Shown here one piece after another: positions 27,972 through 38,970 of a stretch of DNA of 64,000 nt. Position numbers and translations under genes: made by a program. The notes beneath the pieces were generated by a model, which saw nothing but the letters and a program-made list of their open reading frames with translations, was not told where the DNA came from and searched no databases. Where the stretch lies: the NCBI RefSeq assembly GCF_051903065.1, contig NZ_CP178438.1, one strand, 5' to 3'. The first letter of the stretch is position 1. Each line of letters starts with the position of its first letter. The DNA is from Escherichia coli (lineage in GTDB: Bacteria > Pseudomonadota > Gammaproteobacteria > Enterobacterales > Enterobacteriaceae).

Positions 27972-30668
27972 ATGTTTAAAGAAATTTTTACCCGGCTCAT
28001 TCGCCATTTACCTTCCCGTCTGGTTCATCGCGATCCATTGCCTGGCGCGCAGCAGACAGTGAATACGGCGGTCCCGCCGTCCTTAAGTGCGCATTGCCTG
28101 AAAATGGCGGTGATGCCCGAAGAAGAATTATGGAAAACGTTCGACACCCATCCGGAAGGGTTAAATCAGGCGGAAGTGGAATCTGCCCGCGAACAACATG
28201 GTGAAAATAAATTACCCGCACAACAACCGTCGCCGTGGTGGGTACATTTATGGGTCTGCTATCGCAACCCCTTTAATATTTTACTCACCATTCTCGGCGC
28301 TATTTCTTACGCCACGGAAGATTTATTTGCTGCGGGCGTTATCGCGCTAATGGTCGCTATTTCTACGTTGCTGAACTTTATTCAGGAAGCACGTTCCACT
28401 AAAGCGGCAGATGCCCTGAAAGCGATGGTCAGCAATACTGCGACGGTGCTGCGCGTAATTAACGACAAAGGCGAAAATGGCTGGCTGGAGATCCCGATCG
28501 ACCAGCTGGTGCCCGGCGATATTATAAAACTGGCGGCGGGAGATATGATCCCGGCAGATTTACGTATCTTGCAGGCGCGGGATCTGTTCGTCGCTCAGGC
28601 GTCGTTAACCGGTGAGTCTCTGCCCGTAGAAAAAGCCGCTACCACTCGCCAGCCGGAGCACAGCAATCCGCTGGAGTGCGACACGCTGTGTTTTATGGGC
28701 ACCACCGTGGTGAGCGGCACGGCACAAGCAATGGTGATTGCTACAGGTGCCAATACCTGGTTTGGTCAACTGGCGGGGCGTGTTAGTGAGCAGGAAAGCG
28801 AGCCGAATGCCTTTCAGCAAGGGATCAGCCGCGTCAGTATGCTGCTGATTCGCTTTATGCTGGTGATGGCACCGGTGGTGCTGTTAATCAATGGCTACAC
28901 CAAAGGCGACTGGTGGGAAGCGGCGCTGTTTGCGCTTTCGGTCGCGGTAGGCCTAACGCCGGAAATGTTGCCGATGATTGTTACCTCGACGCTGGCGCGC
29001 GGCGCAGTAAAGCTGTCGAAACAGAAAGTGATCGTCAAACATCTGGATGCTATTCAGAACTTTGGCGCAATGGATATTCTGTGCACTGATAAAACCGGCA
29101 CCCTGACGCAGGATAAAATTGTGCTGGAGAATCATACCGATATCTCCGGTAAAACCAGCGAACGCGTGCTGCATAGCGCGTGGTTGAACAGTCATTATCA
29201 GACCGGACTTAAAAACCTGCTCGATACAGCGGTGCTCGAAGGTACGGATGAAGAGTCAGCGCGCTCGCTGGCCAGTCGTTGGCAAAAAATCGATGAGATT
29301 CCGTTTGATTTCGAGCGTCGCCGGATGTCGGTGGTAGTGGCAGAAAATACCGAGCACCATCAGCTGGTTTGCAAAGGCGCATTGCAGGAAATCCTCAATG
29401 TGTGTTCGCAGGTGCGTCACAATGGCGAGATTGTGCCGCTCGATGACATCATGCTGCGTAAGATTAAGCGGGTTACTGATACGCTGAATCGTCAGGGGCT
29501 GCGCGTGGTTGCGGTGGCGACGAAATACCTGCCAGCGCGTGAAGGAGATTACCAGCGGGCGGATGAATCCGACCTGATCCTTGAAGGATATATTGCTTTT
29601 CTTGATCCGCCAAAAGAGACAACCGCTCCGGCACTGAAGGCATTAAAAGCGAGTGGAATTACCGTAAAAATCCTTACTGGCGACAGTGAGTTAGTTGCAG
29701 CGAAAGTGTGCCATGAAGTGGGGCTGGACGCGGGAGAGGTGGTCATTGGTAGTGATATTGAAACGCTATCTGACGACGAACTGGCAAATCTTGCACAGCG
29801 CACCACGCTGTTTGCCCGCCTGACGCCGATGCATAAAGAACGCATTGTGACCTTACTGAAGCGCGAAGGGCATGTGGTTGGCTTTATGGGCGATGGTATT
29901 AATGATGCGCCCGCCTTACGCGCGGCGGATATCGGCATTTCTGTGGACGGCGCGGTAGATATTGCCCGTGAAGCGGCTGATATCATCCTGCTGGAAAAAA
30001 GCCTGATGGTGCTGGAAGAGGGGGTTATTGAGGGACGTCGCACTTTCGCCAACATGCTGAAATACATCAAAATGACGGCGAGTTCTAACTTCGGTAATGT
30101 GTTCAGCGTGCTGGTGGCGAGTGCTTTCTTGCCCTTCCTGCCGATGTTGCCGTTACACTTGCTTATTCAGAACCTGCTGTACGATGTGTCACAGGTGGCG
30201 ATCCCGTTTGATAATGTCGACGACGAGCAAATTCAAAAGCCGCAGCGTTGGAATCCGGCGGATCTGGGGCGCTTTATGATCTTCTTCGGACCGATCAGCT
30301 CGATCTTCGATATTCTGACGTTTTGCCTGATGTGGTGGGTATTCCATGCCAACACGCCGGAAACGCAAACGCTGTTCCAGTCGGGATGGTTTGTGGTGGG
30401 CTTACTGTCGCAAACGCTGATTGTGCATATGATCCGCACCCGCCGTGTGCCGTTTATTCAGAGCTGTGCATCGTGGCCGTTAATGATCATGACCGTGATC
30501 GTGATGATTGTCGGTATCGCATTGCCGTTTTCACCGCTGGCCAGTTATCTGCAGCTGCAGGCGCTGCCGTTAAGCTATTTCCCGTGGCTGGTTGCGATTC
30601 TGGCAGGGTATATGACATTAACCCAGTTGGTGAAAGGGTTCTATAGCCGTCGTTACGGCTGGCAATAA
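27972..30668 (+). CDS. mgtA: Mg2+-importing P-type ATPase
   Basis: 898-aa ORF with DKTGTLT phosphorylation motif and GDGINDAPAL. Confidence 0.95.
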   Translation: MFKEIFTRLIRHLPSRLVHRDPLPGAQQTVNTAVPPSLSAHCLKMAVMPEEELWKTFDTHPEGLNQAEVESAREQHGENKLPAQQPSPWWVHLWVCYRNPFNILLTILGAISYATEDLFAAGVIALMVAISTLLNFIQEARSTKAADALKAMVSNTATVLRVINDKGENGWLEIPIDQLVPGDIIKLAAGDMIPADLRILQARDLFVAQASLTGESLPVEKAATTRQPEHSNPLECDTLCFMGTTVVSGTAQAMVIATGANTWFGQLAGRVSEQESEPNAFQQGISRVSMLLIRFMLVMAPVVLLINGYTKGDWWEAALFALSVAVGLTPEMLPMIVTSTLARGAVKLSKQKVIVKHLDAIQNFGAMDILCTDKTGTLTQDKIVLENHTDISGKTSERVLHSAWLNSHYQTGLKNLLDTAVLEGTDEESARSLASRWQKIDEIPFDFERRRMSVVVAENTEHHQLVCKGALQEILNVCSQVRHNGEIVPLDDIMLRKIKRVTDTLNRQGLRVVAVATKYLPAREGDYQRADESDLILEGYIAFLDPPKETTAPALKALKASGITVKILTGDSELVAAKVCHEVGLDAGEVVIGSDIETLSDDELANLAQRTTLFARLTPMHKERIVTLLKREGHVVGFMGDGINDAPALRAADIGISVDGAVDIAREAADIILLEKSLMVLEEGVIEGRRTFANMLKYIKMTASSNFGNVFSVLVASAFLPFLPMLPLHLLIQNLLYDVSQVAIPFDNVDDEQIQKPQRWNPADLGRFMIFFGPISSIFDILTFCLMWWVFHANTPETQTLFQSGWFVVGLLSQTLIVHMIRTRRVPFIQSCASWPLMIMTVIVMIVGIALPFSPLASYLQLQALPLSYFPWLVAILAGYMTLTQLVKGFYSRRYGWQ

Positions 30669-30727
30669 AGAATCAACTGGGCATGGTGACCCGGATTCAG
30701 ATTGCAGACAAAGTGAGTTTTGTTCAT

Positions 30728-30816
30728 GCCGGATGCGGCGTAAATGCCTTATCCGGCCAACAAATTCAATAAATTGCAGGAATCACGTAGGCCTGATAAG
30801 CGTAGCGCATCAGGCG
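30728..30816. repeat. REP/BIME palindromic elements
   Basis: gccggatgcggcgtaaatgccttatccggcc and gtaggcctgataagcgtagcgcatcaggc. Confidence 0.6.
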
Positions 30817-30873
30817 ATTTTGCGTTTGTCATCAGACTTAATCCGAGCATGATAGCCCGGATTTCCATCAAGA

Positions 30874-31260
30874 TTAGCGACGAACAGCGATCGCTTCGAT
30901 CTCAATCTTCACGTCTTTCGGCAGACGGGCTACTTCAACGCAAGAACGTGCCGGGAAGGTGGCGTTGTGTTCGGTGAAGAAGGCTTCGTAAGTGGCGTTT
31001 ACGGTTGCGAAGTCGTTCAGATCTTTTACAAACACGGTAGTTTTAACGATGTCGCCCACTTTCAGGCCAGCGGCTTCGACGATCGCTTTTACGTTATCCA
31101 GCGACTGACGTGCCTGTGCAGCGACGTCTGCCGGTACTTCGCCCGTTTTCGGATTTACCGGGATCTGACCGGAGGTGATGATCATATTGCCCAGATCAAC
31201 GCCCTGTACGTAAGGACCGATAGCTGCCGGTGCATTTTCCGTCGCGATAGTTTTGCTCAT
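30874..31260 (-). CDS. ridA: 2-iminobutanoate/2-iminopropanoate deaminase RidA
   Basis: MSKTIATENAPAAIGPY... 128 aa from ATG at 31260. Confidence 0.95.
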   Translation of the reverse strand: MSKTIATENAPAAIGPYVQGVDLGNMIITSGQIPVNPKTGEVPADVAAQARQSLDNVKAIVEAAGLKVGDIVKTTVFVKDLNDFATVNATYEAFFTEHNATFPARSCVEVARLPKDVKIEIEAIAVRR

Positions 31261-31332
31261 GATTTCTCCTTTATTACAGCGGTAAAAAGTCTGGCTCATT
31301 ATAGGGAGCCAGACTTTTATTACCAACCGCAA

Positions 31333-31794
31333 TTAATTGGCCAGCACCACATTATGGGAAAACTCTTTTTCACAGTATTTGCATTTGAGCGCGATGTCAT
31401 TGGCGCGTTTTCGCACGGCAAAGCTGGAAGAAACCGGTTCGGCATGGCTGATACAGTTGCTGTTCGGGCAGACCAGCACATTGTCGATGCGCTCCGGCAG
31501 ACTTGGGCGCGATTTACCCACCACTTCATAGTTGTCGATACGGTTAACCGTGGCTTGCGGCGCATACAATGCCAGTTGATCTACCTGGTCTTCACTCAAA
31601 AAGGTATTTTCGATTTTGATCAGATCTTTGCGGCCCATCTCGCCAGAAGGCAGGTTCAGACCGATGGTGATGCGCTGATCCGTTTCGGTCAGCTTGAACA
31701 GACTCAACAGCTTAAAACCGATCTGGGCGGGGATATGGTCAATTACCGTGCCGCGTTTAATAGCTTCAACCTGCAATTTATTATCGTGTGTCAT
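31333..31794 (-). CDS. pyrI: aspartate carbamoyltransferase regulatory subunit
   Basis: 153-aa ORF with C-terminal Zn-binding cysteines (CPNSNC...CKYC). Confidence 0.95.
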
Positions 31795-31806
31795 CTCTAT
31801 TTCCCC

Positions 31807-32742
31807 TTACAGTACCAGATCGCGATTCAGAACCAGTGCCAGTAACGCCTGGCGAGCGAAAATCCCGTTGCCTGCCTGCTGGAAGTACCAGGCGTGTGGC
31901 GTTTTATCAACATCCGTCGCAATCTCATCAACACGCGGCAGCGGATGAAGTACTTTCATATTGGCTTTGGCGTTGTGGAGATCGCTGGCGCGAAGAACAA
32001 ACTGCGCTTTCACGTTGGCGTACTCGGACGGGTCCAGACGCTCTTTTTGCACGCGGGTCATGTACAGGATGTCAACTTCCGCCATCACTTCTTCAATAGA
32101 GCTGTGCAGACTCCATGCGATCCCTTTTTCATCAAGCATATCCAGAATGTATTGCGGCATTGCCAGCGCGTCCGGCGCGATGAAGTAAAAACGGTTGCCG
32201 TCGAACTTCGCTAACGCCTGAGTCAGGGAGTGAACGGTGCGGCCATATTTCAGGTCACCAACCATTGCGACGTGGAGATTGTCCAGACGCCCCTGGGTTT
32301 CCTGAATGGTGAATAAGTCCAGCAAGGTTTGCGTCGGATGTTGGTTGGAGCCATCACCGGCATTCAGTACCGGTACATTGCCGGAAAACTCGGTGGCCAG
32401 GCGCGCCGCACCTTCCTGCGGATGACGCATCACTATCGCATCGACGTAAGTGCTGATAACCGAAATGGTATCGGCCAGCGTTTCGCCCTTTTTACCCAGT
32501 GATGTATTGGCGCTGTCGGAGAAGCCCACCACGCTGGCACCCAGGCGGTGCATGGAAGTTTCGAAAGAGAGGCGGGTACGGGTAGAGGCTTCGAAGAAAC
32601 AGCTGGCAATGACTTTGTGCTTCAACAGCTCTGGTTGCGGGTTTGCTTTCAGTTTCGCCGCTGTCGCCAGCACCAGATTAAGGTCATCGCGACTAAGGTC
32701 GTTTATGGAAATGATATGTTTCTGATATAGCGGATTAGCCAT
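31807..32742 (-). CDS. pyrB: aspartate carbamoyltransferase catalytic subunit
   Basis: 311-aa ORF with STRTR carbamoyl-phosphate binding motif. Confidence 0.95.
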
Positions 32743-32745
32743 CTT

Positions 32746-32880
32746 TTATCTCCTGACGCCTGGGCAAAAAAAAGCCCCTCGATTGAGGGGCTGGGAATGG
32801 GTGATCAACGGGAAGAAAAACGGCAGGCCAGCGTCTTTTTTCAGACGCGGTAAGACAAAATGTCGAACACACTGAACCAT
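32746..32880 (-). CDS. pyrL: pyrBI operon leader peptide
   Basis: 44-codon ORF MVQCVRHFVLPRLKKDAGLPFFFPLITHSQPLNRGAFFCPGVRR ending just upstream of pyrB. Confidence 0.85.
   Translation of the reverse strand: MVQCVRHFVLPRLKKDAGLPFFFPLITHSQPLNRGAFFCPGVRR
32765..32791 (-). terminator. pyrBI attenuator (rho-independent terminator)
   Basis: GC hairpin gcccctc-gatt-gaggggc followed on the minus strand by a run of 8 U, overlapping the end of pyrL. Confidence 0.65.
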
Positions 32881-33160
32881 ACATCCTCCCGGCAAATTGT
32901 CCGGCATTATACTCATCGTCAGAAGCGGTGCAAGCATTTGATGCAATATTTTGTCAGCGCAAACGGTTTATTTGAATTATAAGTCAAAATATATGCATTT
33001 TTATTTACTGTGATTCTGGAGGGGAACTGTCGTTCGGTATCAATAATTGCAGACATTTCCTGCTTTTTTCTTTTTCACTTTCACGCAATCAGATATGCAT
33101 TTTATTCCATTCATCCGACTTATAGGGCGGAGTGTGAAAACGAACGGCTAACACTATTGC

Positions 33161-33556
33161 TTACAGCTCAGGGATGCGCGCTATCACTTTAATTTCAAAA
33201 TCAAAGCCTGCCAGCCATGTAACGCCCACCGCCGTCCAGGTTGGATAAGGTGGCGCGCTAAATATTTCATTTTTCACCGTCATGATGTCTTCAAATTGTT
33301 TTTCTGGATCGGTATGAAAGCTCGTAACATCAATGATATCGTCAAAAGTGCATCCCGCAGCTGCCAGGGTCGCATGCAAATTATCAAATGCCAGTCTGAC
33401 TTGTTGCTGAAAATCGGGTTCTGGTGTTCCGTCCTCTCGACTTCCTACTTGCCCGGAAACAAACAGCAAATCGCCGGAACGAATAGCCGCAGAATAACGA
33501 TGTTCTGCATACAGTGAATGTCGGCCAGCAGGGAAAACAGCGGTTCTTTCTACCAT
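33161..33556 (-). CDS. yjgH: RidA/YjgF-family protein YjgH
   Basis: 131-aa ORF with Rid family features. Confidence 0.9.
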   Translation of the reverse strand: MVERTAVFPAGRHSLYAEHRYSAAIRSGDLLFVSGQVGSREDGTPEPDFQQQVRLAFDNLHATLAAAGCTFDDIIDVTSFHTDPEKQFEDIMTVKNEIFSAPPYPTWTAVGVTWLAGFDFEIKVIARIPEL

Positions 33557-33686
33557 TTGGTTATCCTCAAGATTTACGACATGAACAGAAGATTTATATT
33601 TACCAGGAGCCGCTTTTAGCGGACGACGTGAGTAAACAAAACCCAGACATCATGGGAAATGGCTGGGCTTAATTGAGCGTAGTCGG

Positions 33687-34400
33687 TTATGCGCCAAACG
33701 CGCCATCAATGGTATGCATCGCGCCGGTAACAAAACTGGCTTCTGGCCCTGCTAACCATGCGACCATACCAGCGACCTCTTCCGGTTGCCCATGTCTTTT
33801 GATAGCCATAAAACTATGCAACATATCGCGCATTGGCCCGTTGGCGGGATTAGCGTCGGTATCAATTGGCCCTGGCTGGACGACGTTGATGGTGATCCCA
33901 CGCGGTCCAAAATCACGGGCCAGCCCGCGCGCCATGCCTTGTAGGGCAGATTTACTGGCGGCATAAGCAGCCATGCCTGCAACAGGCATACGATCGCCAT
34001 TCACGGAGCCGATGATTAAGATGCGCCCGCCTTCGGGCATCTGCCGGGCGGCTTCAACAGAGGCATGGTAAGGAGCATGAATATTGATTTTGAAAAGGCG
34101 ATCAATATCGTCGGCATTTAATTCCAGGGCATCGCCAAAGACGCCAATACCTGCATTTACCACCAGGATATCCAATGCGCCGCTCTTACGAACGACATCA
34201 ATGACAGCGTCTCTGTCAGCACTATCTGTGAATACTGCTGTCGCTCCAGTCTCTTGTGCCAGGTGTTCAGCGGCATCTTTCGACCCCGCATAGGTGAATC
34301 GTACATTGGCCCCATCGGTGACGAAACGACGTACGATAGCGGCACCGATACCACGACTGCCACCGAGGATGAGAACTGTCTTACCTGTAAAAGCGCCCAT
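33687..34400 (-). CDS. bdcA: short-chain dehydrogenase/reductase BdcA (YjgI)
   Basis: MGAFTGKTVLILGGSRGIGAAIV Rossmann motif; 237 aa from ATG 34400. Confidence 0.9.
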   Translation of the reverse strand: MGAFTGKTVLILGGSRGIGAAIVRRFVTDGANVRFTYAGSKDAAEHLAQETGATAVFTDSADRDAVIDVVRKSGALDILVVNAGIGVFGDALELNADDIDRLFKINIHAPYHASVEAARQMPEGGRILIIGSVNGDRMPVAGMAAYAASKSALQGMARGLARDFGPRGITINVVQPGPIDTDANPANGPMRDMLHSFMAIKRHGQPEEVAGMVAWLAGPEASFVTGAMHTIDGAFGA

Positions 34401-34470
34401 AAGGACTCCTTGATTTATTATGTAACATGCATTACAAAACTGTTTTAACTTTCTGTCAATAAGTTTTGTA

Positions 34471-35064
34471 ATGGTCACTAAAAAACAATCTCGCGTTCCA
34501 GGTCGTCCCAGACGTTTCGCTCCTGAGCAGGCAGTCTCTGCGGCAAAAGTGCTTTTTCACCAAAAAGGTTTCGATGCTGTCAGTGTTGCTGAAGTTACTG
34601 ATTATCTTGGTATTAACCCCCCGAGCCTCTACGCGGCTTTTGGCAATAAGGCTGGGTTATTTAGCCGTGTACTCAATGAATATGTCGGTACGGAAGCTAT
34701 TCCGCTTGCCGATATTCTTCGTGATGATCGTCCGGTAGGGGAGTGCCTGGCTGAGGTATTAAAAGAAGCGGCGCGCAGATATAGCCAAAACGGCGGCTGC
34801 GCTGGCTGTATGGTTCTTGAAGGCATTCATAGTCATGATCCACAAGCGCGTGATATTGCCGTTCAATATTATCACGCCGCAGAAACGGCCATTTATGACT
34901 ATATCGCCAGGCGGCATCCACAAAGCGCACAATGTGTGACTGATTTTATGAGTACCGTGATGTCAGGGCTTTCTGCGAAGGCACGAGAGGGGCACTCCCT
35001 CGAACAACTCTGTGCAACAGCTGCACTGGCGGGGGGAGCGATAAAAACTATTCTCAAGGAGTGA
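34471..35064 (+). CDS. bdcR: TetR-family transcriptional regulator BdcR (YjgJ)
   Basis: 197-aa ORF with N-terminal TetR HTH; divergent from bdcA. Confidence 0.85.
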   Translation: MVTKKQSRVPGRPRRFAPEQAVSAAKVLFHQKGFDAVSVAEVTDYLGINPPSLYAAFGNKAGLFSRVLNEYVGTEAIPLADILRDDRPVGECLAEVLKEAARRYSQNGGCAGCMVLEGIHSHDPQARDIAVQYYHAAETAIYDYIARRHPQSAQCVTDFMSTVMSGLSAKAREGHSLEQLCATAALAGGAIKTILKE

Positions 35065-35196
35065 TGCGGGCCTTGACCCGAAAGGCGGGAACGCGCCTGC
35101 CGATAAGTTGTGATAAGACAATAATTCACGCGTTAAGGCTAGCGGAATTGATCATCTTTTCGTATAACGATAGAAATGAAACGTTGTTTTAATTAA

Positions 35197-35661
<465 letters not shown>

Positions 35662-35826
35662 TGACTTTTCGCCGTAAATAACTCCAGGTTTACGGCGAGT
35701 TTGTGAAAAGAGCGTTTTTTGATATTTTTTTGTGAGTAAAATTTGTAATGCTTAGACGTTCTTATTAACTCAAGGAGTTCGTCATGAGCAAAATATCAGA
35801 TTTGAATTATTGGTAATGACTCCAAC

Positions 35827-36330
35827 TTATTGATAGTGTTTTATGTTCAGATAATGCCCGATGACTTTGTCATGCAGCTCCACCGATTTTGAGAACGACA
35901 GCGACTTCCGTCCCAGCCGTGCCAGGTGCTGCCTCAGATTCAGGTTATGCCGCTCAATTCGCTGCGTATATCGCTTGCTGATTACGTGCAGCTTTCCCTT
36001 CAGGCGGGATTCATACAGCGGCCAGCCATCCGTCATCCATATCACCACGTCAAAGGGTGACAGCAGGCTCATAAGACGCCCCAGCGTCGCCATAGTGCGT
36101 TCACCGAATACGTGCGCAACAACCGTCTTCCGGAGCCTGTCATACGCGTAAAACAGCCAGCGCTGGCGCGATTTAGCCCCGACATAGCCCCACTGTTCGT
36201 CCATTTCCGCGCAGACGATGACGTCACTGCCCGGCTGTATGCGCGAGGTTACCGACTGCGGCCTGAGTTTTTTAAGTGACGTAAAATCGTGTTGAGGCCA
36301 ACGCCCATAATGCGGGCTGTTGCCCGGCAT
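35827..36330 (-). CDS. insB: IS1 transposase InsB (expressed as InsAB' by frameshift)
   Basis: 167-aa [30 protein letters not shown]... Confidence 0.9.
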
Positions 36331-36524
36331 CCAACGCCATTCATGGCCATATCAATGATTTTCTGGTGCGTACCGGGTTGAGAAGCGGTGTAAGTGAACT
36401 GCAGTTGCCATGTTTTACGGCAGTGAGAGCAGAGATAGCGCTGATGTCCGGCGGTGCTTTTGCCGTTACGCACCACCCCGTCAGTAGCTGAACAGGAGGG
36501 ACAGCTGATAGAAACAGAAGCCAC
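36249..36524 (-). CDS. insA: IS1 protein InsA
   Basis: 91-aa [43 protein letters not shown] (Zn finger). Confidence 0.9.
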
Positions 36525-36646
36525 TGGAGCACCTCAAAAACACCATCATACACTAAATCAGTAAGTTGGCAGCATCACCCACTGCATAAATTAATGTGAT
36601 GCCGGGATGTTTTTTGTGTTTCCCGGCATCTTTATAGCGATATCAA

Positions 36647-37651
36647 TTATTTACTGAGCGTCGCGACCATCACCGCTTTGATGGTATGCATGCGGTTTTC
36701 CGCCTGATCAAATACAATGCTGGCGGCAGATTCGAAGACCTCATCAGTCACTTCCATTCCGCCATGTAGGCCAAACTCTTCCGCCATTTTCTTGCCAAGC
36801 GTCGTCTGGTCGTCATGAAAAGCGGGCAGGCAGTGGAGGAATTTGACCTCAGGGTTACCAGTCAACTGCATCATCTTGCTGTTCACCTGATAATCACGCA
36901 GCAATGCAATGCGTTCAGCCCATTTCTCTTTTGCTTCACCCATCGACACCCATACATCGGTATAGATAAAGTCAGCACCTTCAACTCCTTTGGCTACATC
37001 TTCCGTCAGCGTAATATCCCCGCCATTTTGCTGTGCCAGGGCGCGGCATTCCGTAACCAGCGCAGCTTCCGGCCAGCATGCCTGTGGCGCGACCAGACGC
37101 AAATCCAGACCGGTAAGCGCCGCAGCTTCGAGCATCGAATTGCCCATGTTGTTACGTGCGTCACCTGCATAGACCAGCGTCATTTCGTTGAATGCTTTAC
37201 CGGGTAAATGCTCCTGCATGGTGAGGAGATCCGCCAGCAACTGCGTGGGGTGAAACTCATTGGTCAGGCCGTTCCATACCGGCACGCCAGCGTATTCCGC
37301 CAGTGTTTCGACAATCTCCTGACCATAGCCGCGATACTGAATACCGTCATACATGCGACCCAGCACGCGGGCAGTGTCTTTAATCGACTCTTTATGACCA
37401 ATCTGACTGCCGCTTGGGCCGAGATAAGTAACGCGAGCACCCTGGTCATATGCGGCAACTTCGAAAGAGCATCGGGTACGGGTCGAGTCTTTTTCGAAGA
37501 TGAGCGCGATGTTTTTACCAGTGAGTTTGGCTTCTTCTTTGCCGCTTTTCTTATTGGCTTTCAGCTTCGCGGCTAACTGCAGCAGGCTGTTGAGTTCAGC
37601 TGGCGTGAAATCGAGTAATTTCAGGAAATGCTTATGATAAAACCCGGACAT
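36647..37651 (-). CDS. argI: ornithine carbamoyltransferase
   Basis: 334-aa ORF with STRTR and HCLP motifs. Confidence 0.95.
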   Translation of the reverse strand: MSGFYHKHFLKLLDFTPAELNSLLQLAAKLKANKKSGKEEAKLTGKNIALIFEKDSTRTRCSFEVAAYDQGARVTYLGPSGSQIGHKESIKDTARVLGRMYDGIQYRGYGQEIVETLAEYAGVPVWNGLTNEFHPTQLLADLLTMQEHLPGKAFNEMTLVYAGDARNNMGNSMLEAAALTGLDLRLVAPQACWPEAALVTECRALAQQNGGDITLTEDVAKGVEGADFIYTDVWVSMGEAKEKWAERIALLRDYQVNSKMMQLTGNPEVKFLHCLPAFHDDQTTLGKKMAEEFGLHGGMEVTDEVFESAASIVFDQAENRMHTIKAVMVATLSK

Positions 37652-37663
37652 AGATCCCTCCTG

Positions 37664-37703
37664 TGGCTAACGCCTCAATGAATTAAAATTCAATTTATAT
37701 GGA
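37664..37703. promoter_or_regulatory. tandem ARG boxes (ArgR operator) upstream of argI
   Basis: caatgaattaaaattcaat and tatggatgattattcatt match TnTGAATwwwwATTCAnT, separated by about 3 bp. Confidence 0.65.
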
Positions 37704-37812
37704 TGATTATTCATTTGCAAGTCTAAAGCATAAATCTTTGTCACAAAGGTGGAGGCAATGTCAGTGGTGTGTGACAATAAGAGTATCGGCAGGACATTAA
37801 GAGGAATGAGCC

Positions 37813-38229
37813 ATGGCAAACCCGGAACAACTGGAAGAACAGCGTGAAGAAACACGTTTGATTATTGAAGAATTACTGGAAGATGGCAGCGATCCGGACG
37901 CGCTGTACACCATCGAACACCATCTTTCCGCAGACGATCTGGAAACCCTGGAAAAAGCAGCAGTTGAAGCGTTTAAACTCGGTTACGAAGTGACCGATCC
38001 AGAAGAGCTGGAAGTTGAAGATGGTGATATCGTGATTTGCTGCGACATCCTCAGCGAGTGCGCGTTGAATGCCGATCTGATCGATGCCCAGGTTGAACAA
38101 CTGATGACGCTGGCGGAGAAATTTGATGTTGAGTACGACGGTTGGGGCACTTACTTTGAAGATCCCAACGGCGAAGACGGCGACGATGAAGATTTTGTCG
38201 ATGAAGACGATGACGGGGTTCGCCACTAA
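37813..38229 (+). CDS. rraB: RNase E inhibitor RraB
   Basis: 138-aa highly acidic ORF ([13 protein letters not shown]-terminus). Confidence 0.9.
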
Positions 38230-38274
38230 TTAATTGATTAAAATGCCCGATAGCACACACTAGCGGGCATTTTT

Positions 38275-38778
38275 TTAGAGTTCGCGCAACATCCGCACTT
38301 CACAATCAACATGGCCCGTGCAGCCAAGTGCATAGTCGATATGTTGAAAACCTAAATGTTCATACAAACCAATCGCTTCTTTCAAAAAAGCGGTCGTTTC
38401 CAGATAGCAGCGTTTGAAGCCCATTTCTCTTGCCTGCTCCATCGCCTTTAAGGCCAGTTTTTTTGCCAGCCCTTTGCCGCGAATAGCCGGAAGAAAATAC
38501 ATCTTTTGCAGTTCGCAAATGTCCGATTCACTACCTGCTAATGGCGCAATCCCACCGCCGCCGACCACTTCACCCTCGTACTCAACCACCCAATATGCAT
38601 GACCAGGCTGACTATACACTTGATACAGCTCGTCAAGATTCGGATCGGCGACGGTGTAGCCTTTATCAGCGGTAAGACCGTATTCGGCGGATACCTGACG
38701 AATGACGCGGGCGATAGCAGGATTATCCTGCAGCGTCAGGCGACGCATTACAGGTGATTGCGGCGCAATGTTATTCAT
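38275..38778 (-). CDS. yjgM: GNAT-family N-acetyltransferase
   Basis: 167-aa ORF with acetyl-CoA binding motif region ([10 protein letters not shown]). Confidence 0.85.
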   Translation of the reverse strand: MNNIAPQSPVMRRLTLQDNPAIARVIRQVSAEYGLTADKGYTVADPNLDELYQVYSQPGHAYWVVEYEGEVVGGGGIAPLAGSESDICELQKMYFLPAIRGKGLAKKLALKAMEQAREMGFKRCYLETTAFLKEAIGLYEHLGFQHIDYALGCTGHVDCEVRMLREL

Positions 38779-38970
38779 AGTTTAACCCAATAAAAATAAA
38801 GTAATTATACATTTGTTTAATACCACTCTCTTCTTACGTGCGCAAGCGTCTTATAAAGCAATAAAGTTTTTGCCAGTCTATTACTGATAAGAGTATTGTA
38901 ACGTGGCAGAACATTTTACTGTCTGTATCTATAAATTATATCAATGGATTTTTTAATTCAGGGAATTTTT

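Larger units (their letters stand above)
35812..36579 (-). mobile_element. IS1 insertion sequence (768 bp)
   Basis: Ends ggtaatgactccaacttattgatagtg... and ...cactaaatcagtaagttggcagcatcacc match IS1 termini; encodes InsA and InsB; no 9-bp direct repeat at the flanks. Confidence 0.95.

Noticed and set aside
30967-31845. 292-aa plus-strand ORF spanning ridA and pyrI
   Set aside because: Crosses two real minus-strand genes and their intergenic region; an open reverse frame only.
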